DNA of 41,569 nucleotides from Octopus bimaculoides (lineage: Eukaryota): assembly GCF_001194135.2 (NCBI RefSeq), contig NC_068995.1:11613504-11655072 (forward strand), written 5' to 3'. Within the stretch, counting starts at the first letter, position 1, and every line of letters begins with the position of its first letter. Shown one piece after another: positions 1 through 11,850 of this stretch. A program made the translations under genes and the position numbers. Under the pieces are notes generated by a model. That model made no database searches. It saw only the letters and a program-made list of their open reading frames with translations, and was not told the origin of the DNA.

Positions 1-15
1 TATATATATATATAT

Positions 16-205
16 GGGAGAATATACGAAAAAACAACAACAGACGAGTACAGGTGGTGTAAATAACAAAAGGATGTATTAGTATGACGCTCGGGAATAC
101 GGAAAGTCTTTGACGTTTCGAGCTACGCTCTTCAACAGAAAGAATACGGAGACAAGGAGAAAAATACGGAGAAAAAAAATTGAATAGCGTCCAGTCAACG
201 GTCAT
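16..205 (-). mobile_element. Probable terminal-repeat remnant of a Penelope-like retroelement
   Basis: Contains the motif CTGTTGAAGAGCGTAGCTCGAAACGTC on the minus strand, the arrangement typical of Penelope-like element termini, and abuts a (TA)n tract. No RT or GIY-YIG coding sequence is visible, and the boundaries are approximate. Confidence 0.5.
107..143 (-). ncRNA. Minimal type I hammerhead ribozyme motif, probably degenerate (core A6 to U)
   Basis: Minus strand reads TCTTT-CTGTTGA-A-GAGC-GTA-GCTC-GAA-ACGT-C-AAAGA. It has a 5-bp stem I (TCTTT/AAAGA), a 4-bp stem II (GAGC/GCTC), GAAA, a palindromic ACGT stem III and a GUC cleavage triplet. CTGTTGA differs from CUGAUGA at one conserved position. 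Confidence 0.6.
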
Positions 206-761
206 TCCTTGAGTTAGTGCTTCAACTTACGAAAACAACCAGCTGTTGTGCCAATTCACACGGTCGCTGGATCTGCAAGAAAAATAAACTATATTTGTCT
301 TAAGTAATACCGTACAGTCTAATGAAAAGGAGAAATTATTCATTGGATGATATACCCCTAGATACACCTAGACTGAAATAGAAGCGTAATAACTTAGATT
401 TCTGAGTGTCTTGATCGTAGGTTCTCCAAACCACGACTGACCTGAGGAGATACAATAACTTAAGAACCACAATAGAACGAGAATAGTTCGGAAGACAGCT
501 CTGTATTTTTGGTATAAATCAAACATTAATTTAAAGCTCAACACAATCTGTAGTGTGTGCATAATATGTAATTATTCTACTTTCAGCAAGTTGACTCGAC
601 AAATGAGTGGTGGTGGATAGTGGATGAGCGGTGGTATAAACAGAGTCCGTAGTCTGATAGTTTATATTTTAACTATGTGTATGTGTATGAGTGTTTGTGT
701 GTGAGTGTTTGTGTGCGTATGTGCCTGTGCATGTGTGTGTATTGTGAAAGCTGTAAGCTAT

Positions 762-936
762 CAGAATCGTTAGCAATGCTGGACAAAATGCTTAGCGGCA
801 TTTCGTCCATTTTTACCTTCTGGATTGAAATTCTACAAAGGTTAGCTTTGCTTTCCATTTATTCGGTGTCGGGAAAAAAAGTACCGGATTAAATCGACTC
901 ATCCCTACCCAGAAATTGCCAGTCTTTTGCCAAATT
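762..936 (+). mobile_element. tRNA-derived SINE, family B (degenerate)
   Basis: Begins cagaatcgttagcaatgctggacaaaatgcttagcggcatttcgtc and aligns by eye with the copies at 7288, 17369 and 31797. Confidence 0.75.
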
Positions 937-1495
937 TTGAAGGAATATTGTGTGTGTGTATATGTGTGTATGTGTGTGTGTGCGTGTGTGGTTTTGAATG
1001 TTATGTACGCGTATAAATGTGTGTTTATGGGTGAAGCAGGTTTTGTTTATTACTGAAACAAAATATATGATTACACACATGCGTACATATCCTGACACAC
1101 GCAAGCACACATGTGATCACGCAAATACTGACAAACCCACAACATATAATAACATTACTTGTATTCCTCAACTAGACATATGTGCATTCTGTTTATTCTG
1201 CTCGCTAAGTCTGCACCCTACCTACATACATAAAAATATGGAAGCCATCTTTCTACGTCACTCATTCTTAATCGCTTTGTCACGCTTAGTTTCTCAAACA
1301 AACTCACCCTTTGTTTAACAACTTCATCACCGCACCTCACTCGAGTTATATTTATTGAAAAACTCTATAATTAACAGCGCCTCTACTTCTCCTGCAAAAA
1401 ATATGTGACAGACTGCGCATGTCTTAAGCGCCATCTTCTAGAATTAAATTTTATCCTTCTTATTGAACCCACTTATTGTATATATATATATATAT

Positions 1496-2351
1496 NNNNN
1501 NNNNNNNNNNNNNNNNNNNNNNNNNNNNNNNNNNNNNNNNNNNNNNNNNNNNNNNNNNNNNNNNNNNNNNNNNNNNNNNNNNNNNNNNNNNNNNNNNNNN
1601 NNNNNNNNNNNNNNNNNNNNNNNNNNNNNNNNNNNNNNNNNNNNNNNNNNNNNNNNNNNNNNNNNNNNNNNNNNNNNNNNNNNNNNNNNNNNNNNNNNNN
1701 NNNNNNNNNNNNNNNNNNNNNNNNNNNNNNNNNNNNNNNNNNNNNNNNNNNNNNNNNNNNNNNNNNNNNNNNNNNNNNNNNNNNNNNNNNNNNNNNNNNN
1801 NNNNNNNNNNNNNNNNNNNNNNNNNNNNNNNNNNNNNNNNNNNNNNNNNNNNNNNNNNNNNNNNNNNNNNNNNNNNNNNNNNNNNNNNNNNNNNNNNNNN
1901 NNNNNNNNNNNNNNNNNNNNNNNNNNNNNNNNNNNNNNNNNNNNNNNNNNNNNNNNNNNNNNNNNNNNNNNNNNNNNNNNNNNNNNNNNNNNNNNNNNNN
2001 NNNNNNNNNNNNNNNNNNNNNNNNNNNNNNNNNNNNNNNNNNNNNNNNNNNNNNNNNNNNNNNNNNNNNNNNNNNNNNNNNNNNNNNNNNNNNNNNNNNN
2101 NNNNNNNNNNNNNNNNNNNNNNNNNNNNNNNNNNNNNNNNNNNNNNNNNNNNNNNNNNNNNNNNNNNNNNNNNNNNNNNNNNNNNNNNNNNNNNNNNNNN
2201 NNNNNNNNNNNNNNNNNNNNNNNNNNNNNNNNNNNNNNNNNNNNNNNNNNNNNNNNNNNNNNNNNNNNNNNNNNNNNNNNNNNNNNNNNNNNNNNNNNNN
2301 NNNNNNNNNNNNNNNNNNNNNNNNNNNNNNNNNNNNNNNNNNNNNNNNNNN
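1496..2351. other. Assembly gap; further N-gaps at 2844-3287, 8255-8553, 9805-10340, 12918-13605, 19618-19930, 25105-25324, 26266-26678, 29778-29988, 33271-33400, 36548-37028, 39801-39869
   Basis: Runs of N, almost all flanked by (TA)n, (TG)n or trinucleotide tracts, as expected where short reads cannot span microsatellites. Confidence 0.99.
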
Positions 2352-2395
<44 letters not shown>

Positions 2396-3287
2396 TATGT
2401 GTGTGTGCGTGTGTATGTATAAGACATTGCTGAAATGTATGTTTTCTCTATTACACAATTTAATGAATATTCCTATGAAATAGGGAAAACAAACGAGGCT
2501 CGTTATAACTTATTCGTAACTGAAATAGGAGCTTACATCTCTTGTCTGTTCTTATTTGACACATGAAATATTGCATTAATATCATGTAACAAAGATTGGT
2601 GTGATGTTGTAGCAGCCCTTAAATAAGCGAGATGAAAAGGCACCCACAGTTATTATGAGGTTTAGATATACTGTTTGGACTCGCATGCATCCGTGTCCGG
2701 TTCAATTGTAGCTACGTAACTGTCAGCATCGACTCGGGCTAAGATAAAAATGTGACATTCAACGGCACCATTGTTGCCAAGATATGACATAAATTAAGGA
2801 AATATATATGTATATATATGTGTATATATATATATATATATATNNNNNNNNNNNNNNNNNNNNNNNNNNNNNNNNNNNNNNNNNNNNNNNNNNNNNNNNN
2901 NNNNNNNNNNNNNNNNNNNNNNNNNNNNNNNNNNNNNNNNNNNNNNNNNNNNNNNNNNNNNNNNNNNNNNNNNNNNNNNNNNNNNNNNNNNNNNNNNNNN
3001 NNNNNNNNNNNNNNNNNNNNNNNNNNNNNNNNNNNNNNNNNNNNNNNNNNNNNNNNNNNNNNNNNNNNNNNNNNNNNNNNNNNNNNNNNNNNNNNNNNNN
3101 NNNNNNNNNNNNNNNNNNNNNNNNNNNNNNNNNNNNNNNNNNNNNNNNNNNNNNNNNNNNNNNNNNNNNNNNNNNNNNNNNNNNNNNNNNNNNNNNNNNN
3201 NNNNNNNNNNNNNNNNNNNNNNNNNNNNNNNNNNNNNNNNNNNNNNNNNNNNNNNNNNNNNNNNNNNNNNNNNNNNNNNNNNNNNNN

Positions 3288-3328
<41 letters not shown>

Positions 3329-3492
3329 TTACTACTACTACTACCACCACGTTACTACTACAGCAACAACAACAACAACAACCACTACTAAAGCTACTAC
3401 GATTACTGCCACCACCTTACTACTATTGCTGCTACTATTACTACTAGTATTACTATAAGTATTAGCAGTGGTATGTTTTGTAGTGTGTGTGT

Positions 3493-3550
<58 letters not shown>

Positions 3551-3624
3551 CAATAGTAGTAGTAGTAGTAGTAGCAGTAGTAGTAGTAGTAGTAGTAGTT
3601 GTAGTAGTTGTAGTAGTAGTAGTA
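3288..3624. repeat. Compound trinucleotide microsatellite: (TAC)n-type block followed by (GTA)n block
   Basis: Directly visible at 3288-3460 and 3493-3624. Confidence 0.95.
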
Positions 3625-3694
3625 TTTAACCTGTTACTCGTTCATGTTTTGGATTTCACTAATGGCCTATTAAAAGTTGCATTTCAATGCATTG

Positions 3695-3786
3695 ACTAGA
3701 AAACAATGTGTTTAACATTCTTTTGAATAATTACTGGAAACAATGTTTACTAGAAAACAATGCATTTAACATTTTTTTGAATAATT
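3695..3786. repeat. Short tandem duplication (about 38 bp, partial unit, about 38 bp)
   Basis: actagaaaacaatgtgtttaacattcttttgaataatt, then actggaaacaatgttt, then actagaaaacaatgcatttaacatttttttgaataatt. Confidence 0.85.
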
Positions 3787-5084
3787 TGATTACGTCACAT
3801 ACCGACGCGCGTTAGCTTATGCCTATGGAAAGAAGTACACAGACGAACACCAGTACAAACCAATATGCGTAAATATATTAGGTGTCGAAATTGTAATGAT
3901 TCCAGTCGGCAGAGATTACACTTGTGTGTTGTATTCTCTTAGACATTTTCTTTTCTTTTTTTCTGCCACCCTTCTGTTGATATCCCTCTCTTCTCTCTCC
4001 CACTTTTCCCTTCCATTTTTGCATATATATTTGGTTTATATATAGGTGAATGTGTGTGTATGTATTTATGTATATGTACACGTATATGTATGACCAAACA
4101 CACTCGCGCACACACACATATATCGGTCCAGCGGCTCACAAAGCCCACAAACAGATTGCAGTCAGAATATACAGGCCCAGAAGGTCATTCGAGTCCGAAG
4201 TCAGAGTCGGTGCATGACATAAATCTCCGTGACCATATTACTAAAGCACCGTGAACCCTAATTCCATCTTGATGAACATAAAACTCCTCATCTTCGAAGT
4301 CTTCTCTAATGCTTAGCATGACAAACAGGTCAACTGAACGGGACAGTCCCAGTGACGTTAAAAAATAATGAACCAATTACTCCTCAACACTTATAATAGA
4401 CACGCACTTAGACAGATTGTAGAGGTCACACACATAGTGATAAAGAGACCAAGCCTCAAAAGATAAAATTAATGAAATAACTCCCCTTCAATCCACTAAA
4501 CTAAAGAGAGAATGAGAGGAGAAAAGAGAAACAGATCCAAACAGTATATTACATAAACCCATACATGCACATACACGCATACTCATACACATACATACAA
4601 ACATACTAAAAAACGGTATGGGGAAAATATAGATAAAGAACGCAAACACGTGCAGAAATGAATACACACCGCAGATAGACAGAATGGACTGACCAGAACA
4701 GGAGGAAACACGTGGGATGGAGAGTCGCTGAAGAGGTCGCAGGATGTGTGATGAAAGATTTCAGACAAAAGTTACTAAAGTAAGAATCATTATAAAGCTG
4801 AAGGGAAGACCAAGTATATGGCGTGTGTCTGTGTGTATGTGTGCATCTGTGTTTGTGTGTTTGTGTGATTAATTAGCAAAAAAGTATAACCATCCTCATG
4901 TATAGCAATATCTTTTTCAACATACAATTTTACATCGCAAAATAAATACATAAAAATATATATAATATATTTACAAGTAGCTAAATATATGTCCGGCCAT
5001 ACAATGACCAATAGATTCGCATTTATAAAGCGCCAAGCCTTATAGACAATGGCAGATGTGTGTATGTATGTGTACAACAACGTG

Positions 5085-5200
5085 TTTCGGTAGAGTTTCC
5101 GCTCACTAAATTTCGCTGATAACGCTGTGGTTTTCTTAGATCTTGCTCAAGGTGCCAAGCTGTTGGATAGATACCGGAACCATGTGTTTGCGTTCTTATT
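5085..5200 (-). mobile_element. SINE family A head fragment, heavily decayed
   Basis: cttgctcaaggtgcc...accggaaccatgtg matches the reverse complement of the family A head at 11851 and the copy at 28360-28522. Confidence 0.55.
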
Positions 5201-5269
5201 CGACATACACTTATTTCTAAGTGGTTTTCAAGCCAAATATTTCTCACGCTCCTGGATTACATATTCAAT

Positions 5270-6420
5270 TTCAAATGTTCATGCGACATTCTATCTAGTT
5301 TCCATTTTAGTTCCCACTTCAGAAACGCCATTTATCTCTTGTCGCATTTTGCCTGTATAGCTACGTATTTTCTTTCTATACGTCTCTCGCTGTTATTATT
5401 GTGAGTAACGTTTAACTTATGTATGTTTTAGATTCCTATTTCTGTTACACATGTCTTTACTTCGTGTATATATTCGTTAAGAATGTGTGTATTTTTCGGG
5501 TTTTAGCAATATTATAAGATCTATTACAATTTGCAATATTTGTTCTTTCGTTTCTGGAAATTATCCATAAAAAGGGATTTCAGTTTCTCTCTTCGCAATT
5601 GACTTATTTTTATTTATGTTCCTTCCGTTGCTACATTTCCACATTTCTACATTTACGTTATATGTCTTCTAAGTGAATTCGTGTGCGCGTGTTATCATGG
5701 CTGTGAGTGATTGCCGTTCATATTTCTGCTGAAGATTTTTTTTTCTTCATTTTTGAGTGAAACTTGTTTTATTACTCGCTACCTGTTTATAGACTTGTCT
5801 TTTTTGTTGTTGCTGTTGTTTCTTATTAGAGGTAAGTAAGTTTCTAAGCCAAATGCCGAACTTATATAGGCCATTCTTCTATTTCCTAAAACTTATGTCG
5901 CCATCTTGTCTTGGTATGTAAATGCAATGAGTCAGCCTTTGAATGATGCAACGTAAAATGCTATTGTTTTCTTCTTTTCGTTTTCTTGTGTCTACATTTA
6001 TTTTTTATTGTTCTTTATCTCGTGTTTGGCTTCAAAGGTATTACACGGAATCTTTCTGTTTCTGCCAGTATTGCCAGACAGTTGATCACTTTCATCTTAT
6101 TTTTTGAACAATTCGTTCTTTAGAATTATTCGGCAAATGGAATGATGTCTTCATTTTGAAATCATCTTTTTCCTTCTGTGTCATATTCCAACTTCTTTCT
6201 TTCGTTGATTTCCAAATACTTGTACAATTCGTCGTCTATCCGTAATGATTTGTAATATCTTCTTTTCATTTTATTTCCTCTATATATTTATCTATTTTTT
6301 ACGTATTTATTATGCAATATGAAGCCAAGTATATTCTGCCTGTCTTCTGACTCAGTCTACTTGCCCTATCAGAATTTGACCTCACCACATTTATCAAAGC
6401 AACTCTCCCTGACATCATAA
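5270..6420 (-). mobile_element. Decayed non-LTR retrotransposon, R4/Dong-like (end of RT through to zinc-knuckle region)
   Basis: Minus-strand translation across stops and frameshifts gives motifs in the expected order: FDKC...GK (about 6398-6360), ELYKYLEI (about 6230-6207), RIILKNEL, HHSKAD, YIPRQDG (about 5920-5900; cf. LYIPRKEGGRG), PFYG*FP (about 5575-5555; cf. PLHGQFP) and DKWRF* (about 5336-5319; cf. DKCRFC). The clade call is from motif memory. Confidence 0.65.
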
Positions 6421-6804
6421 AGATATATTACTAGAGTTCAGAATAATAGTAATAATGATAATAAAAAAACATTGAACTTTCTCTGAATTGCTGTTATTCA
6501 GTTAGATACCTAAGGAGACAAGAGCAGATAATTAATCTTGGAGTTGGTGAATATCTAGCCAATTTACGGCTGTTCTTTTTCGGACCTGAAGAAGCAAAAC
6601 GATGTTTGTAAGCAAAATTTCTTTAGAATACATTCTATTCCAAATGTAGACTGAATTGAACTGTTATATCACTGGCAGAAGTTGTTACTTTTGTGATTAA
6701 CAAAAAAAAAAAAGTATGCAGGTTTAACTCGACTACACAATAAAACAATATAATCTGAATATAAAATTCGTGTTCGGGAACTAGCAAGAGTGCACATATT
6801 TTTG

Positions 6805-7640
6805 CAAGCCGGGCAAAATGCTCAGCGGCATTTCGTGCATCTTCATGTTCTGAGTTCAAAACCCGCCGAGGTCAATTTTACCGTTCATCCTTTCGGAGTC
6901 GATAAAATAAGTACGAGTGAAACACTAGGGACAATGTAATCAAATATTACCCTTCCCCAAAATTTCAGGCCTTGTGCCTATAATAGAAATGTGTGGTAAT
7001 AAGCTTGCTCCTTAATCACATGGTTTAGGTTTCAGCCCCACTGCGTGGCACCTTCTACTGTAGCCTGGGTTCGAGCAAAGTATTGTAAGTGGATTAAGTA
7101 GCAGGAAACTGAGTTCAAAATCCGCCGAGGTCGACTTTATCTTTCATCATTTGGGGGTCAATAAATTAAGTACCAGTGAAACACTTGGGTCAATGTAATC
7201 GACTAGTCCCCTCTCACCAAATTTTAGGCCTTGTGCCTTTAGTAGAAACGGTTATTATTATTGTTAATATTATTGTCACCATTATCATGCGAGCTGGCAG
7301 GTTCGTTAGCACGCCAGGCAAAATGCCTAGCGGCGTTTCGTCTGTCTTTACCATCGGAGTTCATATTCCGCTGCAGTCGACTTTGTCTTTGATTCTTTTG
7401 GGGGTCGATGAAATAAATGCTAGTTAAACACTGGGGTCGATATAATCGACTAGCCCCTCCCTCAAAATTATTATTATTATTGACGCGGCGAGTTGGTTGA
7501 ATCGTAGGCCAAGCGGACAAAATGTACAGCGACATTTCATACAGTTCTTCATGTCCCAAGTTCAAATTTCGCCTTTGTCAAATTTGTGATTAACGTTTCA
7601 GGGTTCGACGTAATTGATTTGAGACCGCTCCGCAAAATTA
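6805..7640 (+). mobile_element. Cluster of co-oriented SINEs: family B 6805-6990, family A head 6991-7110 fused to family B 3' half 7110-7250, family B 7288-7465 and 7484-7625
   Basis: Repeated motifs aaatgcttagcggcatttcg, gagttcaaa (B-box-like), ccgaggtcgactttg, ggggtcgataaa and caggccttgtgcct, separated by (ATT)n tracts. Confidence 0.85.
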
Positions 7641-7664
7641 CTGGCATTGAACCAAAATCAGAAT

Positions 7665-7707
<43 letters not shown>

Positions 7708-7959
7708 CATTAAGATCGCGTGAGAATAGCATTCTTTGTCTGCTACAACCGAGTGATGTATCAACTGTAAAATTCAACTCTCATAGATTTGACGTCATTC
7801 ATTCAGAGCAAATCGCACGTCCCCAGGGTGTTTCTGCAGCGTTTCCTAGGAGATGTTTAATTATACGTATTTAGAGGCCAATCTACGCAATATATAACTA
7901 ACGGGATACACACCACCGAAGTGTCCAACACGCTCTCAACACAGCCTGTAGCGACTCTA

Positions 7960-8094
7960 ATAAGGAATTTTGTATGTATGTGTATGTATGTGTGTGTATA
8001 CACACAAAAACATACACATACACACACTAACACTAACACACACATACATATACGTGTATGTCTGGGTATGTGCGTGTGTGTGCATATTTCTATG

Positions 8095-8178
<84 letters not shown>

Positions 8179-8254
8179 TATATATATATATCTGTATATA
8201 CGTTCACACAGACATATATATGTATATGTGTGTTTGTATATATATATATATATA
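7960..8254. repeat. Compound dinucleotide microsatellite (TG/CA/TA/GA)
   Basis: Directly visible. Confidence 0.95.
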
Positions 8255-8949
8255 NNNNNNNNNNNNNNNNNNNNNNNNNNNNNNNNNNNNNNNNNNNNNN
8301 NNNNNNNNNNNNNNNNNNNNNNNNNNNNNNNNNNNNNNNNNNNNNNNNNNNNNNNNNNNNNNNNNNNNNNNNNNNNNNNNNNNNNNNNNNNNNNNNNNNN
8401 NNNNNNNNNNNNNNNNNNNNNNNNNNNNNNNNNNNNNNNNNNNNNNNNNNNNNNNNNNNNNNNNNNNNNNNNNNNNNNNNNNNNNNNNNNNNNNNNNNNN
8501 NNNNNNNNNNNNNNNNNNNNNNNNNNNNNNNNNNNNNNNNNNNNNNNNNNNNNTATATATATATATATATGAATCAGTCTGAAGTATCGCGCATACTAAA
8601 TTGTTATCTGTAATCATAATTCTTTGATGATTAACTAAATATGATTTAAAGATTATTTCAATTGAAATATCATTTAGAAGCCACTACTGAAGCCATTGAA
8701 ACTCTTCCACTTCAGTTACGCTGCTAATGTCTTAATTCAATCAACTCCCGTGTGCTGTTGCTATTTCTTTCAATGTGAAAACCACCTTGTGGTGTTAAAT
8801 GTTTCAATCTACGCTGGCAGGGCATAAATTTTGAACGTAAATGCTATCTGAAAGAGGCGCTTCTGATACTTATCAATTTCTACCCTTTTAAATTTATATT
8901 AAAACATATTTTTTCCTTGATGTATATGATATCTGTGATCTTTTATGTC

Positions 8950-9110
8950 TTATCTATTACTTGTTTGAGTCATTTGACTGTGGCCATGCTGGGGCGCCGT
9001 CTTGAAGGGTTTTAGTGGAGAAGATCGACGTCACTGCTAATTTCTTTTCATGTCTGGTAAATATTCTATCGATTTTTTTTAATTATCTGAACCACTATGT
9101 TGCGGAGATG
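8950..9110 (-). mobile_element. SINE family A 3' portion
   Basis: ttacttgtttgagtcatttgactgtggccatgctgg is the reverse complement of the tail of the 11851-12243 copy. Confidence 0.75.
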
Positions 9111-9111
9111 T

Positions 9112-9660
9112 AAGGCGTGGCTGTGTGGTAATAAGCTTGCTCCTTAACCACATGGTTCGTGGTTCAGCCCCAGTGCGTGACAGGTTAGGCAATTGTTTCT
9201 AATGAAGCCTCAGGTGGATTTAGTAGGCGGAAACTGAAAGAAACTCGTCTTATATATGTGGTTATATATGTATGTGTGTGTGTTTCTGTCTTTCTTTACC
9301 ACCCCCACCGCTTCACAACCGGTGCTGGTGTGTTTACGTCCCCATAACCTTGTGGCTTGAGGAAAAGAGACCGATAGAATACGTACTAGGCTTTTAAAAT
9401 ATATCTATTGAGGTCGGTAGGATCGATTAAAAATTCTCCAAGGTAGTGCTACAGCATGGCTTGAAACTAGTATAGTGTGTGTGTGTATGTGTGTGTGTGT
9501 GTGTTTGTGCATGTTTGTGTGTCTGAGTTTTCCCCCCAACATGACTAGACAACCAATATTGGTGTGTTTATTTTCCCGTAAACCTTGTGGTTCGGCAAAA
9601 GAGACCGAAAGAAATAAAAGAATAAAAGATTTATATATACGAGGTCTGGTCAATAAATAT
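9112..9660 (+). mobile_element. SINE family A, near full length (9112-9470), plus a second 3' fragment (about 9500-9660)
   Basis: Head ggcgtggctgtgtggtaa...ggttcagcccc, core ggaaactgaaagaa, internal (TA/TG)n, and ggtgtgtttacgtcccc...aaaagagaccgatagaa. Confidence 0.85.
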
Positions 9661-11454
9661 CCTGAATGTTGTCATAGTAAGGAAGTTGAATATATATATA
9701 TTTAATTTATGTATTGTGACCTTTAAATAAATAATATTTATCTCCCACCTAATGGTGTACGTTTTTTATTGAATTTTTATCACGGATCCGTACGTCATAT
9801 ATATNNNNNNNNNNNNNNNNNNNNNNNNNNNNNNNNNNNNNNNNNNNNNNNNNNNNNNNNNNNNNNNNNNNNNNNNNNNNNNNNNNNNNNNNNNNNNNNN
9901 NNNNNNNNNNNNNNNNNNNNNNNNNNNNNNNNNNNNNNNNNNNNNNNNNNNNNNNNNNNNNNNNNNNNNNNNNNNNNNNNNNNNNNNNNNNNNNNNNNNN
10001 NNNNNNNNNNNNNNNNNNNNNNNNNNNNNNNNNNNNNNNNNNNNNNNNNNNNNNNNNNNNNNNNNNNNNNNNNNNNNNNNNNNNNNNNNNNNNNNNNNNN
10101 NNNNNNNNNNNNNNNNNNNNNNNNNNNNNNNNNNNNNNNNNNNNNNNNNNNNNNNNNNNNNNNNNNNNNNNNNNNNNNNNNNNNNNNNNNNNNNNNNNNN
10201 NNNNNNNNNNNNNNNNNNNNNNNNNNNNNNNNNNNNNNNNNNNNNNNNNNNNNNNNNNNNNNNNNNNNNNNNNNNNNNNNNNNNNNNNNNNNNNNNNNNN
10301 NNNNNNNNNNNNNNNNNNNNNNNNNNNNNNNNNNNNNNNNTATATATATATATTTATATATATATACATACATATAGATATCATATAAATATGTATTTTA
10401 TCGTTATATACGTATACATACATCCATCCCAAAAGAGATGTATATAGATATATGTACTTATATCTACATACACGTTCATATATGTATGTATGTGAATGAG
10501 TGAGTGTGTGTGTGTGTCTGTGGGTACACATATACGTGCATATATTAATTATAATATAGAAGATATACATGATTATTTTTTTTTCTGTGAGTTTCATTTT
10601 AATGGTAAATTGGCATATTCTTCAGATGAGAATATAAATCGAGTGAATATGTCTTTTTTTTTTTTACTATACTCTCGAACGGCGGCTAACATACATTGAA
10701 AATTATCTGTGGTAGCATGTTATCACTATTCCCTTGGGCATGCACCTGATAAAATGTCAGTAGAAGATAATTTTATATATAATTCTAACCATCCCCCATA
10801 GTTTAAAAAAATATATAATTAATAACATTACCAAAGAGTTTCTGACCTTTCGGCAAACAAAGAAATCTTTACAATAACATTCTAAAGAATAGCGGATTCC
10901 ATGATAAGATTCATGTAACTCCCAAGCTGTGTAAGAGTACCAATAATAACAGTAGATTTAACATTATATAGTTTAGTCTAAAATCTCGGTAAATGTCAAA
11001 AGCAATACAGCAAACCAATGTTTAGGCCTCTTCGACAAACTTCACATGCAAGTATAGGCATCGGAAATTATTTGATAGAAAGAACACTAAAATAAACTCA
11101 CATGTTAGCGTTTGTAATATTTTATTTAAAGTATCAGGAACTTTTTTTTTTTAAGGGAGATGATACAATTTGCACCTTCACAAATAATGACTTATGCCCT
11201 CTCATACAAAATCGTAGGGTCAAAGCAGGCGTCTATCCAACATAATGTAAGCTCCTTTAAACTAGGTTCGGCAAAACGTCCCTCCTAATACGGATTGACA
11301 AATGTTTCAGCAGTACAGGCGTAGTGTGCACAATACTAAGATATGGTAACGTGAAAGAAAACGATAAAGTATTAGTAATATGAAGTCACTCTTACGTCCA
11401 GATTAACTTCGGCGCTAATGTGCATCGAAATGTAGGCACAAATCAGTTACGACT

Positions 11455-11765
11455 GCTAAGATTCCAGTTCATCCGGTCAATGGAAAAGTATGCTAGTGAA
11501 ATTAACATGCTAGTGTCTGAGCAAGCACTCCAAAAGCACGCGTGCTCTTAATGTAGTTTTCGGGGAGAATCAACATGACACCAAATTTGACAAGGCTAGC
11601 TCTTTGCCTTACCTGTACAGCTCATTTTTGGCAGCTGAGTCGACTGGAGCAACATGAAATAAAGTGTCTTGCTGAAGAACCAAAAAAAAAAAAAACTCCG
11701 GATATCGAACTCACAACCTTACACTTGTGATACAAATAGCCTGGCTACTAAGCCACCCACCTGCT
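11455..11765 (-). mobile_element. SINE family C (tRNA head plus CORE-like central domain)
   Basis: gtgaaattaacatgc...ctcatttttggcagctgagtcgactggagcaacatgaaataaagtgtcttgct...atcgaactcacaacc, homologous to 15030-15335, 29330-29425 and 39465-39650. Confidence 0.8.
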
Positions 11766-11850
11766 AAATGCATCGAAATAATTACAACAGTGTTCTGCTG
11801 TACATATAGAAATAATATTGATATTACTACCCAATATATTACTACCCATA

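Noticed and set aside
1405-2483. Long ORFs (120-340 aa) in the track, here and at the other gaps
   Set aside because: They are open only because runs of N contain no stop codons, and the flanks are translated microsatellites.
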